Shown: positions 47,869 to 57,063 of the stretch, piece by piece | How the letters are laid out: each line of letters starts with the position of its first letter | How positions within the stretch are numbered: position 1 is the stretch's first letter | Source: a virus | DNA: 64,000 nt | IMG/VR virus record: IMGVR_UViG_3300032093_000041 | Location: 32,001-96,000 of that record | Direction: 5' to 3' (one strand) | Notes under the pieces: generated by a model | The model's input: only the letters and a program-made list of their open reading frames with translations | The model's database searches: none | What the model was told of the DNA's origin: nothing | Position numbers and translations under genes: made by a program

Positions 47869-47910
47869 GTATCCACAAAATGAGTAATGGTATCCACAAA
47901 ATGAGTAATG
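47869..47910. repeat. Perfect 21-bp tandem duplication GTATCCACAAAATGAGTAATG x2
   Basis: Seen directly; a third partial unit GTACCCACAA lies at 47858. Confidence 0.95.
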
Positions 47911-47967
47911 ACTTATCGTCCATCGGACTTCTTTTCAGCAACGGTCCAATGCTTAATGACAGAAGCT

Positions 47968-48189
47968 CTATATGCTTATCTGTCTTGTCTCCTGGGCCTC
48001 AATCCATACGCGCGCACCACACGAGTCAGGGGTATCTGACTGAACGACTGTTGCCGCCACAGCGTCGCAACCACAGGGGCAAATAATCTCAAGCCGGCGA
48101 TGGTGAGTAGAGCCCTTGTACGTACGGTCGATGATTGCGTCAAGAGACTTACGAATCTTCTGCTGATGAACATGGATAATGTGTTTCAT
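47968..48189 (-). CDS. Phage hypothetical protein
   Basis: HIIHVHQQKIR...SCGARVWIE. Confidence 0.7.
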   Translation of the reverse strand: MKHIIHVHQQKIRKSLDAIIDRTYKGSTHHRRLEIICPCGCDAVAATVVQSDTPDSCGARVWIEAQETRQISI

Positions 48190-48190
48190 G

Positions 48191-48270
48191 TGGGCCCGGA
48201 GGGACTCGAACCCTCACTCCGTAGAACTGGTACCTAAAACCAGCGCGTCTGCCAATTCCGCCACGGACCC
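48191..48270 (-). tRNA. tRNA-Leu(TAG)
   Basis: GGCGGAATTGGCAGACGCG-CTGGT-TTTAGGT-ACCAG with long variable arm. Confidence 0.93.
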
Positions 48271-48274
48271 TAAG

Positions 48275-48347
48275 CGCCCTGAGTAGGGGTCGAACCTACA
48301 ACCTACAGATTAGAAGTCTGTTGCTCTATCCATTGAGCTATCAGGGC
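48275..48347 (-). tRNA. tRNA-Arg(TCT)
   Basis: ACAGA-CTTCTAA-TCTGT. Confidence 0.93.
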
Positions 48348-48606
48348 TGGCTGCTACTTACGCCTTGCTGTCTGGATGAACATAGCACTACTCTAGCAGC
48401 GGAGTTTGGATAAATCCAGCGGAAACATGGGAGTTGTAAACAATATCGTACGCTCCCACACACACACCGACGGCGACGAGAAAGTTTACAAGAGCCCCGT
48501 AGTGGCGAAGTGATAATAGGGGGTCGCGCTATTATCAGTTAAGCCATAAGTGATAACAACAGTTGAGGCCGGCGCGCCTACCGTGTGACTATACTTTTGT
48601 TTGCTA

Positions 48607-48635
48607 TTGACAGTTGAGGCCGCCACCCTTAGGCT
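48607..48635 (+). promoter_or_regulatory. Sigma70/SigA-type promoter
   Basis: TTGACA-N17-TAGGCT upstream of 48657. Confidence 0.8.
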
Positions 48636-48656
48636 GTATTCAGCACAATATATACG

Positions 48657-49127
48657 ATGCGATATAAAGAAAGGCTGTGTATCTTGGACAACACGACACT
48701 CCCAGAGACGCTGTACCACGCTACGTTCCCCGACGCAGTAGACGCCATACTCGTCTCAGGACTGCAACACAATACTGATGGCGTGGTCAATTTGACGAAC
48801 GAACCGCAGTTCGCAGCAGGATTCGTCGCGATACGAGATTTCTCCCGCATAGGCGAAATAACGATAATCGACGTAAACGGTGTAAAGACGCCGAACATAG
48901 ACAAGAAGAGCTTCACCACAGCACAGGTGTTAGCAATAAACGTACGTCGATTAGATATAGATAAGCTGTCTATCAACGAGAGCGAGACGCAGGCTGCTAA
49001 GGCCGGCGCACTCCCAGAAGGACTCGTGTCCTATACCTACTCAGGCACGATACCTCGTGAAGCGATACACATCGCAGATATATTCATCAAGAACGATAGC
49101 CGCATCCCTCCGCAGTTCGAACCGTAG
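48657..49127 (+). CDS. Stand-alone ART-fold protein (KptA/Tpt1 C-terminal or DUF952-like)
   Basis: LYHAT...DAILVSGL...VNLT...A...VLAINV...TIPREAI. Confidence 0.65.
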   Translation: MRYKERLCILDNTTLPETLYHATFPDAVDAILVSGLQHNTDGVVNLTNEPQFAAGFVAIRDFSRIGEITIIDVNGVKTPNIDKKSFTTAQVLAINVRRLDIDKLSINESETQAAKAGALPEGLVSYTYSGTIPREAIHIADIFIKNDSRIPPQFEP

Positions 49128-49147
49128 AAGCCCACGGGCGATACGGG

Positions 49148-49777
49148 TTACATCCATTCGCAAGCGAAGCCTTTATCAGACAGCCCGTTACTCAGTGAGG
49201 AGTAGTACGTCTCCTCGTCCTCAGGTGGTTCCTCGTAGGCCACCTCGTCCAGCACTCTGGCGAATAGGTTTGGATACATAGCGTCCTGTCCTCTGACCAG
49301 CGTCTTGCCAGGAAAGTACAGCTCCTCTTCCCATTCAACCTTCCTTCCCCATAGCTGCTTATAAGGCTTAGCCAGGAAGGTGACTTCGTCGTTTTCTACG
49401 TGAGTTATAGCCAAACATTCGCTTACGGGTGAGTCTTTCTCAACGTAGACTTCGCTCAGCTCCCTACCTGACGTTGCCTCAGGATTGGTACTTACCCAGC
49501 CCTCTGACACCATCGTAAAGGCGTCTACGCCCCATCCCTTCTTGACGATACATATAGCCTCGCTCACACGCTTGAACCGCTCTGTGTGGTCTCTCGTCTC
49601 AGGAGTTTGAGCCAACGACAGCACAAGCTCTAGCCCGTTTTCCTTCCAGCAGAAGATTGACATAGGCAGGTCTTCGCCAATGCCGTATTGCTTGACACAC
49701 TGCTCCTTGGCGTTCACAGCACTCAGTAGCGATACAGCCAACTTGTCTAGGCGATGAGGATATTTGGCCTGTCCCAT
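49148..49777 (-). CDS. Hypothetical protein
   Basis: 209 aa; TAGTAT-N6-ATG leaderless start. Confidence 0.7.
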   Translation of the reverse strand: MGQAKYPHRLDKLAVSLLSAVNAKEQCVKQYGIGEDLPMSIFCWKENGLELVLSLAQTPETRDHTERFKRVSEAICIVKKGWGVDAFTMVSEGWVSTNPEATSGRELSEVYVEKDSPVSECLAITHVENDEVTFLAKPYKQLWGRKVEWEEELYFPGKTLVRGQDAMYPNLFARVLDEVAYEEPPEDEETYYSSLSNGLSDKGFACEWM

Positions 49778-49834
49778 TTAGCCATACTAGCCTAGTTACG
49801 CCACGGGTGTGATTTGGCGACTAATGTATCCGTT

Positions 49835-50185
49835 ATGGCAACACCAAAGAAGAAGACAGACAAAAAGGCCCCTGCGAAGAAGGCCGCTGCAAAGAAAGCA
49901 CCTGCCAAGAAGGTGCCAGCTAAAAGAGCTGCAGCAAAAGACAGTGCTCCCAAGAAGAGCGCACCTAAGAAGCCTGCGCCCAAGAAGAAGGCAGCGCCGA
50001 AGAAGGTCGCCAAGGTTTCTCAGACAAGCACCACAACAAGCACTGTTGATGCCGATGTCATTTGGAATGTATTCCAGAGCGATACAGCAGACGTCAGTGC
50101 AACAGTTAATGGTAAAGTCATCTACGCAAATGATGTCAAGCCAGCAAGCGTCAAGAAGAAATTCCTAGCCTGGTTCAAACGCTAA
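49835..50185 (+). CDS. Histone H1/HupB-tail-like PAKK-repeat protein
   Basis: KKAPAKKAAAKKAPAKK repeats; TAATGT-N7-ATG. Confidence 0.8.
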   Translation: MATPKKKTDKKAPAKKAAAKKAPAKKVPAKRAAAKDSAPKKSAPKKPAPKKKAAPKKVAKVSQTSTTTSTVDADVIWNVFQSDTADVSATVNGKVIYANDVKPASVKKKFLAWFKR

Positions 50186-50218
50186 AGGCTCACGGGTAAC
50201 CCCGTGTAACATTATTTA

Positions 50219-50536
50219 ATGAGCGACGCATTCCGCAATCAGGACACTGTCTTTGGCATCCCCATCCTCAGAGCAGGACGTGACGCATGCCCTGTGTGCC
50301 AGCATCCAACAGGAGACTGCGCACAACACGAAGACAACGAAGCAGTTGGTATCAATCACATCGCATTTACTGACAGCACTCTTGAAACAATGAAAGACAC
50401 ACAAACAGTCTTAGTTGAAGAGAATATATACGAAGACAGACAAATAACTCCGTTCACTAAAGCTCGCGTAATCGTGCATCACAAAGGAAGTTATGTCACA
50501 GTTGACAAAGCAAAAGAGTTGGGAATTCTAGACTGA
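50219..50536 (+). CDS. Hypothetical Zn-motif protein
   Basis: CPVCQHPTGDC; TAACAT-N6-ATG. Confidence 0.7.
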   Translation: MSDAFRNQDTVFGIPILRAGRDACPVCQHPTGDCAQHEDNEAVGINHIAFTDSTLETMKDTQTVLVEENIYEDRQITPFTKARVIVHHKGSYVTVDKAKELGILD

Positions 50537-50603
50537 CTTGCTTACGGGTGCTGTTGTAGAATAGAGTCTCTCAAACAAGGGACCTCCAACAGAAAGCAAG
50601 GCT

Positions 50604-52529
50604 ATGTCAGCATTTACACCAGAATTCCTATCTTCATATTCACAGAAACAAACTCCTTGGGGGTTTGGCGGTTTAGGTGAAGTGGTGTACTTGAGAACGT
50701 ACAGCCGTCCTGTCGAAGGTCTTGGTCGCAACGAAACTTGGACAGAAAGTATCGTACGGGCTATTGATGGTGCTATTGAAATTGGTGCACCACTTAGCCA
50801 AGAACAAGCAGAGAAGCTGTTCGACCACATGTTCTATCTACGTTGCTCTCTGTCAGGTCGCGCGCTGTGGCAGCTTGGCACACCATTGGTTAAGCAGTTC
50901 AGTGGCACATCGCTAAACAACTGCTACTTCACAAACATCGAGAAGGTAGAAGACTTCGAACTTCTATTCGATTACCTCATGCTTGGTGGCGGCGTTGGCT
51001 TCTCTGTAGAGCGTTCCAAGATTCACGAACTTCCAAAGGTCAAAACAGGAGTATCAATTACTCACGAACGCACCAACGATGCAGACATCATCGTTCCAGA
51101 TAGCCGTACTGGCTGGCGTCGTCTTTTGCATAGTGTGTTGAAGTCATATTTCGACACGGGTAAGTCTTTCTCATACTCCACAATTCTGGTTCGCGAATTT
51201 GGAGCACCACTCAAGACATTTGGTGGAACAGCAAGCGGACCTGGCGCGCTCATTGATGGCATCGAAGATATTTGCAAGGTAATGAAGAACCGCGAAGGCA
51301 AGAAGCTACGCAGCATCGATGTTCTTGACATCTGCAACATCATTGGAAAGATTGTTGTTTCTGGCTCATCACGTCGCTCTGCACAGATTGCTATTGGCGA
51401 CCCAGACGATGTTCTGTTCCTTCGTGCAAAGAATTGGTCTACGGGTAATGTTCCGGCATATCGTGCCAACTCCAACAACAGTATCTATGCAGACCACTTC
51501 GATGAGATTCTTCCAGAACTATGGAAGGGATACGACGGTTCAGGCGAGCCATATGGTCTCGTCAATCGTCGTCTTGCACGCTCATACGGGCGTCTTGGTG
51601 AGCGCAAAGTGGACAACACCATCGAAGGCTTTAACCCATGTGCAGAGATTGGTCTTGGAGACGGAGAGTCCTGCAACCTGTCAACATTGTTCCTTCCAAA
51701 CATCGATTCATTCGAACAACTGTGTGAAATATCTGAACTTCTTTATGTCGTTCAAAAAAGCATTACACGCATGAACTACCCATACGAAAAGACGACAGAG
51801 ATTGTTCGCAAGAACGCTCGTCTTGGTCAAAGCATCACGGGCGTCTTGCAGTGCTCAGAAGAAAAGATTTCATGGCTGTCTCCTGCATACGAAAAGCTTG
51901 AAGCACTCGACAAGGAATACTCCAAGAAGAATGGACTACCTACGTCTGTTCGTTTAACGACGGTTCAGCCTTCGGGTACTCTCTCTCTTCTCCCAGGTGT
52001 TACGCCAGGTATTCACCCTGCATACGCCAAGTACTACATCCGTCGCGTTCGCTTTGGTGCTGCCGACCCGCTTGTTGCGGCATGTCGTGCTCGCGGGCAC
52101 AAGGTGCAGTGGGACATCGGCCTTGACGGTCGCGAAGACCATACACGCTATGTTGTTGAATTCCCTTGCGAATCACCAGAGGGTTCAGTACTTGCTGCAG
52201 AAATGACAGCAATCGAGCAACTGCAATGGGTCAAGCGCATGCAAACAGTGTGGGCTGACAACGCGGTGTCAGTGACTGTGTACTACCGCAAGGAAGAGCT
52301 CGCCGGCATCAAAGAGTGGTTGGAGAAAAACTATGACACGGGTGTTAAGTCAGTGTCATTCTTGTTGCACGCAGACCACAACTTCCCTCTTCCCCCATAC
52401 GAAGAGATTGACCAACAGACATATGAGAAGCTTGTCTCCAAGTTGGACATGAGTGTTCCGATGCAGGTTGCCACGGGTGGTCTTCTAGACCTAGACGACT
52501 GCTCTACAGGAGCGTGTCCAGTTCGCTAA
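50604..52529 (+). CDS. nrdJ: Class II (AdoCbl-dependent) ribonucleotide reductase, monomeric type
   Basis: LNNC, GFNPCAEI, TTVQPSGTLSLL, C-terminal DCSTGACPVR; no beta subunit nearby. Confidence 0.93.
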   Translation: MSAFTPEFLSSYSQKQTPWGFGGLGEVVYLRTYSRPVEGLGRNETWTESIVRAIDGAIEIGAPLSQEQAEKLFDHMFYLRCSLSGRALWQLGTPLVKQFSGTSLNNCYFTNIEKVEDFELLFDYLMLGGGVGFSVERSKIHELPKVKTGVSITHERTNDADIIVPDSRTGWRRLLHSVLKSYFDTGKSFSYSTILVREFGAPLKTFGGTASGPGALIDGIEDICKVMKNREGKKLRSIDVLDICNIIGKIVVSGSSRRSAQIAIGDPDDVLFLRAKNWSTGNVPAYRANSNNSIYADHFDEILPELWKGYDGSGEPYGLVNRRLARSYGRLGERKVDNTIEGFNPCAEIGLGDGESCNLSTLFLPNIDSFEQLCEISELLYVVQKSITRMNYPYEKTTEIVRKNARLGQSITGVLQCSEEKISWLSPAYEKLEALDKEYSKKNGLPTSVRLTTVQPSGTLSLLPGVTPGIHPAYAKYYIRRVRFGAADPLVAACRARGHKVQWDIGLDGREDHTRYVVEFPCESPEGSVLAAEMTAIEQLQWVKRMQTVWADNAVSVTVYYRKEELAGIKEWLEKNYDTGVKSVSFLLHADHNFPLPPYEEIDQQTYEKLVSKLDMSVPMQVATGGLLDLDDCSTGACPVR

Positions 52530-52690
52530 CACGGTTACGGGCGTATAGTTCCTGAGGGTAGTTTTCCCAGACTACCCCAGGAATACGACGACATATTCCG
52601 CAACGCCCACTCATGTATGCAGCTTCGCCCACATGACACGGCCAGTCTCGACAGCAGCGCAATATTATGATGCTGTTGTCTTTGATGTCA

Positions 52691-52837
52691 TCAATTGGCA
52701 TTGTGCTTGTGCTTACGTTTCTTAATCTTGTAACCGTTTAGGCGCAACGCTGTCTCAATATGTTCAGGGATTCCATTGGTAATCGGGATTCCCTTGTTGT
52801 TGAGAGCCTTGCGTATGATGTCAGTCTTCTTGCTCAT
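52691..52837 (-). CDS. Small hypothetical protein
   Basis: AGGAG SD just after tRNA-Lys. Confidence 0.5.
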   Translation of the reverse strand: MSKKTDIIRKALNNKGIPITNGIPEHIETALRLNGYKIKKRKHKHNAN

Positions 52838-52848
52838 AAATACTCCTG

Positions 52849-52921
52849 TCGGTCTGGTGGGACTCGAACCCACAACTCTCGGGTTAAAAGCCCGTTACTC
52901 TGCCAATTGAGTTACAGACCG
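52849..52921 (-). tRNA. tRNA-Lys(TTT)
   Basis: ACGGG-CTTTTAA-CCCGA; GTTCGAGTCC. Confidence 0.9.
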
Positions 52922-52928
52922 GAGCCTG

Positions 52929-53246
52929 TTAACCGAGGTATTGGCTGATTTGTTCTACGAATTTGTCTTTAGGGTACGCGCCAACAACCTGTTTGTCAAC
53001 CCGACCATTAACAAATACTAAGACCGTAGGGATACTCATAACGCTGTAACGCTGCGCAATCTCCGGGTAGTCATCAACGTTTAGTGTCCCAACAGAAATA
53101 TGTTGCGCATGTTCACGGGCAACTTCCTCAATGATTGGAGTAAAGAACGAACACGGGCCACACCATGAAGCCCATACGTCTACGATTGCTGGCTTGTCTG
53201 ACGAGCGAATAAATGCATCGAAGTTCTTGTCTGTCAGTTCATTCAT
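52929..53246 (-). CDS. trxA: Thioredoxin
   Basis: VDVWASWCGPC, VMSIPT. Confidence 0.95.
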   Translation of the reverse strand: MNELTDKNFDAFIRSSDKPAIVDVWASWCGPCSFFTPIIEEVAREHAQHISVGTLNVDDYPEIAQRYSVMSIPTVLVFVNGRVDKQVVGAYPKDKFVEQISQYLG

Positions 53247-53476
53247 TGTATGCCAGCCTCATTTATTAACTCAGCGACCTTGTCTTGCGTCGCATCACTC
53301 ACTGAATCAAGGTGAAATGGGTCGTATTCAGAACCACGTATAGAATCAGCTACTTCTGGGTAATTGACATGCAGGATATTAAAGAACGCCTGCCCCACGC
53401 GCTCAGACAGCTTTTCTGCACGAAGAGATGAACCATCGAGGATAATTTTTACCTTGTCTGCGCCTTGATTACTCAT
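53243..53476 (-). CDS. Hypothetical protein
   Basis: RVGQAFFNIL...YDPF. Confidence 0.65.
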   Translation of the reverse strand: MSNQGADKVKIILDGSSLRAEKLSERVGQAFFNILHVNYPEVADSIRGSEYDPFHLDSVSDATQDKVAELINEAGIQ

Positions 53477-53484
53477 GTATCTAT

Positions 53485-53796
53485 TTAACCACTAAGACGG
53501 GTGTTACACAAGAGACAAAATGATGCCCACGGGTATGATTTGCGACTTTCTAGGGGGTGTTGACACTCTCCGGTCTTGGCGCAGGCGTCATTAACTGCTA
53601 GGCGTATGAACTCCGCCATGGACATGCCAGTCTTTTCGGCCGACTCCTGCCAGCGCTTATGGTCAGACTCTGTGACACGGACCAATACCTGCTTCTGTGT
53701 TGGCTCACCAGGAGAAGTTCCTGTGTTCTTCTTTCGGGTGGGAGTAATAGAGTCTGCCACCTTATCCATTGCTGCTTCGATATTGTCTTCACTCAT
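53485..53796 (-). CDS. Ribbon-helix-helix-like DNA-binding protein with C-terminal Cys motif
   Basis: QVLVRVTESDHKRWQESAEKTGMSMAEFIR. Confidence 0.7.
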   Translation of the reverse strand: MSEDNIEAAMDKVADSITPTRKKNTGTSPGEPTQKQVLVRVTESDHKRWQESAEKTGMSMAEFIRLAVNDACAKTGECQHPLESRKSYPWASFCLLCNTRLSG

Positions 53797-54427
53797 CGGG
53801 AAGCCTTTCCTCCACCACCTCGGCATCAACGATGTCATCGTCTACCTGGATGTTCTCTAGTTGTTTAGTTTTGTTAAGTATTGAATCAACGTAATCCGCG
53901 GGCATAACACCCGATTTGCCCATCAACTCCAGCATCTTGCGCGCTTCTGACTCAGGGCTGAACTCTTCTGCTGCCGACCTAGGGAGAGCGCCGGCCAACA
54001 CAGCACGGGCTGGAATTCTCTGCCCAATGTCTACGTTCACATTAACGTTCTGCTGGTCCATACCTAGAAGCTTTGCGCGCCTATCCATGATTGACAAGAC
54101 GGACGTGATGGCCTTTAGGTCTGGTTCTATCTGGACTTCTGTTCCATCGTCTTGTGTTACCTTGCGATGCTGCGTCATTGGCCAAATTGCTTGCTGAAGA
54201 GCATCCAGGCGCTCAAGCTCCATGCGAAGAACTTCCGGGTAGGCCAACAGGGCTTCCTGGTTCAGTTTCTCCAACTGTCTAGATATAGCGCTCGTAACAG
54301 CCTTAGTAGTAATACTGAACCTACGGGCTATTTCCCCATGGGGCACGCCAGCTTGGCGCATCTTGAAGATTCTCAAGTCGCGCTCGGCTAAGAACTCGCG
54401 TGTCAAGCTGTTGGATTTTTCGGTCAT
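53789..54427 (-). CDS. HTH protein, possibly terminase small subunit-like
   Basis: IFKMRQAGVPHGEIARRF...LERLDAL...IMDRRAKLLGMD. Confidence 0.7.
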   Translation of the reverse strand: MTEKSNSLTREFLAERDLRIFKMRQAGVPHGEIARRFSITTKAVTSAISRQLEKLNQEALLAYPEVLRMELERLDALQQAIWPMTQHRKVTQDDGTEVQIEPDLKAITSVLSIMDRRAKLLGMDQQNVNVNVDIGQRIPARAVLAGALPRSAAEEFSPESEARKMLELMGKSGVMPADYVDSILNKTKQLENIQVDDDIVDAEVVEERLPDE

Positions 54428-54435
54428 TGGATACC

Positions 54436-56223
54436 CTAAGAGTGTTTACTAAATTCTAGTACCACAAAGGGCCAATCTGTGCCACGAGCCATCTGCTTTG
54501 GCCAATCACGCTGGTCACGGGCTCCACGGAAGTGCCCAACGTTGTAGACGTATCCCCCAGGATTGGTTGGGTCTGGTGTTAGAGCAAGACCAAACTCAGG
54601 CCAACGTGACCAGACAGACGAACCGAACGGGCGCAAGTCACGTGAACCCATGGACCCCAAGGGAGCGTGATGTTCAAGCCACAAGGTAACGCCATAGACG
54701 TCACGAATCATGTCCAAATACTTTGCCACCTCAATCGCTAGTGCTTCGCTAGTGCGGGTGCCGCTGTCAACAAAGGACTTGTACATCGGCCCCATACAGA
54801 TGAGCTGAGGCTTAATGGTTTCAATGTAGGACTCCAGCAGAACGCGGTCTTTTGTGCTTGTTAGGTCTAAGCCGTCTGGCTTCATCAGCATATGTGCGTC
54901 TACGTGCTTTGCCCCTGAATGTTTCATGGCCTGCAACATGATGCTACGCGAGGTTCGGCGGATAATGCGCTCAGGGTTTTCTAGGTCAACAGTTAGCGTT
55001 CGGACGGGTGGGATTTTCTGGAAGGTGAATGGGTGTATCCCAGCCGCTGCACAGATTGCGACTTGGCGGGCCAACATTGTCTTGCCGACGCCTTCGGCCG
55101 CGACGACCATAACGCGTTCGCTGCGTTCGAGAATGCCTGGAATAACCCAATCATATGAATCATCTTCTGCCTCCTGAAGAAACTCTTGCCAGTTAACTAG
55201 TCGTCCTGGCTGACCTGTTACGTGCTGTGTGTCTGCGCTATTTAACAACACGACAGAGCGATTAATTTTTTGCTGGAGAGTCAGCTTATTCTTGTTAAAT
55301 ACATCAATGATTTGCTCAAGAAGACTGTCTTCTGTCGTGTCTTCTGTTGGCTCTTCTAGCTGCGGCATTGTCTCTGCGCGCTCATAAAAACCAAGTTCAA
55401 TCAGGTCGTCAATATCTTTCCCAGACACAATATGGTCAGTAATGTCTTTTGCTGTTGGCGACATCCATATGTTGCAACCTCGAGCACCAGCAGCCTGAAG
55501 CTTTGCCGCTACAGCCAAAGCATGTTGTTTACCCACTTCGTCATTGTCGGCAATGATTTCTACATGCGCTGCAGAGAGAACATCGGTGTATGACTGCTCC
55601 CACTTTCCTGCGCCGCTATCCATGGTTGTCCCACAGATACCCATATCGGCCAATGTGTCAGCGTCTTTCTCGCCCTCCACAAGCCACACGGGTTCACCTG
55701 CTGCAATTGCCTTAACTACTTCAGGAAGACGATAAAGAACACGACGCACAAGCGGCTCTTTCAGGTTCCAGATGTATTCCCCTGGATTTGCTGGGTCCGG
55801 CTGACGATTAGCAAATGATTTTCCGCCATCATCCAAGCGAAAGCGCACCTTCTCATATAGAAGCGTGCCCTCTTCGTTGTAATACGGGTATACCTTTTCA
55901 ATCTTCTTACCTACGTTGCGCTTAGTAGATGCACTACGGGTGTCTGGTTGAAACTTAGGGGCAGGAACCCAGTCGTCGTCACTCTCTGAGAAAAGCTCGC
56001 GTGCCTCTAGGCCGATTGACTTACATATCTCATCAAGCGAACAAGAATTACCACGGTGACAATGCATTAGTGCTGTCCCCTCGTCGTTCTGCGAAATAGC
56101 AAGCGAAGGGTTCTGGTCATCATTGCGACAAGGGCAACGCGCCATCCATTGGTTGCGGCCTGTTTGGCGCACTCCCTCAAGAAGACTAAGGACTGTGTCT
56201 ACGGGTTTAGAGATATTGCTCAT
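54436..56223 (-). CDS. Primase-helicase (Zn-binding, TOPRIM, RecA-like AAA_25)
   Basis: ARCPC...HCHRGNSC; LVEGEKDAD, IADND; AAEGVGKT; RPFGSSVW. Confidence 0.9.
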   Translation of the reverse strand: MSNISKPVDTVLSLLEGVRQTGRNQWMARCPCRNDDQNPSLAISQNDEGTALMHCHRGNSCSLDEICKSIGLEARELFSESDDDWVPAPKFQPDTRSASTKRNVGKKIEKVYPYYNEEGTLLYEKVRFRLDDGGKSFANRQPDPANPGEYIWNLKEPLVRRVLYRLPEVVKAIAAGEPVWLVEGEKDADTLADMGICGTTMDSGAGKWEQSYTDVLSAAHVEIIADNDEVGKQHALAVAAKLQAAGARGCNIWMSPTAKDITDHIVSGKDIDDLIELGFYERAETMPQLEEPTEDTTEDSLLEQIIDVFNKNKLTLQQKINRSVVLLNSADTQHVTGQPGRLVNWQEFLQEAEDDSYDWVIPGILERSERVMVVAAEGVGKTMLARQVAICAAAGIHPFTFQKIPPVRTLTVDLENPERIIRRTSRSIMLQAMKHSGAKHVDAHMLMKPDGLDLTSTKDRVLLESYIETIKPQLICMGPMYKSFVDSGTRTSEALAIEVAKYLDMIRDVYGVTLWLEHHAPLGSMGSRDLRPFGSSVWSRWPEFGLALTPDPTNPGGYVYNVGHFRGARDQRDWPKQMARGTDWPFVVLEFSKHS

Positions 56224-56527
56224 GAATCGCAATCTTTGTAAATAGTTTGAGTGTGCCGTCAGCTTTTCTTCGTCTGGCTATTTGTTCTCGTGCATCAATA
56301 TTTAATCCACCCCAGATGCCATGTTGCTCCTGGGCTGAGATTGCATACTCTAGACACTCTTTGCGCACATGACAACCCGAACAGATTTCTTTTGCAACAA
56401 CAGTGTCGCGCGCGCGTGCACCTCTGGCGTGACGCTCGGGAAACCACCAGTCAACCGGATAACCGATACATGCACCGTCTTGTGGCGGTTGCTCCTCAAA
56501 TGGAATAACCCAACGAATACCCGACAT
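56207..56527 (-). CDS. whiB: Second WhiB-family transcription factor
   Basis: AGGAGG SD; GAC...WWFP...AKEICSGCHVRKECLEYA...HGIWGG. Confidence 0.92.
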   Translation of the reverse strand: MSGIRWVIPFEEQPPQDGACIGYPVDWWFPERHARGARARDTVVAKEICSGCHVRKECLEYAISAQEQHGIWGGLNIDAREQIARRRKADGTLKLFTKIAIHEQYL

Positions 56528-56582
56528 AACCCTCCTCGGTTGAACTACGAAGGATAGTTGAGCTTTATGCGAAATGCAATAA

Positions 56583-57059
56583 CTAGTCGAATATTTCTGC
56601 GATACGACGGAACGCGTACGCAACTTTTTCACGGGCTGATGTTTTGATTCCCAGATAGCGCTCAACAAATTCCTGCGCGCGTCTATTTGACACAGCCGTG
56701 ATTTCGTAAACCATGTCTCTGTAGCTATCTGAGTTGATGAACTGCTCCCACAGCAGCGGGTCAAATCCGTCATACTTGTGGAATGTCATTGACTCCAGAC
56801 CGTCTTTGTCTGCGATTATCTCTAGACGCCAGTTGGTTTGTTTCTCGATAGACAAAAGCAGGTCTGTCATCGCAGCAGCACCATCGTTTTCGAAGGCTGC
56901 CTTGACAAAGGCATTTATTTGACGCTGCCGGTGCAGAATCCAAGCATCTTCCATCTCTTCCATCTCTTCTTCAGAGAGAGAGTCTGTGCTTATTTCAATA
57001 TCGTCGTCGTCGTCTTCCCAGTCGAACATATCGTCATTGAAAAAATCACGGAAAGACAT
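56583..57059 (-). CDS. Acidic hypothetical protein
   Basis: 158 aa with D/E-rich N-terminus. Confidence 0.65.
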   Translation of the reverse strand: MSFRDFFNDDMFDWEDDDDDIEISTDSLSEEEMEEMEDAWILHRQRQINAFVKAAFENDGAAAMTDLLLSIEKQTNWRLEIIADKDGLESMTFHKYDGFDPLLWEQFINSDSYRDMVYEITAVSNRRAQEFVERYLGIKTSAREKVAYAFRRIAEIFD

Positions 57060-57063
57060 TCCC

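Noticed and set aside
42145-56527. Two WhiB genes, nrdJ and trxA as novelty
   Set aside because: These are common in actinobacterial phages; WhiB was used only as host evidence.
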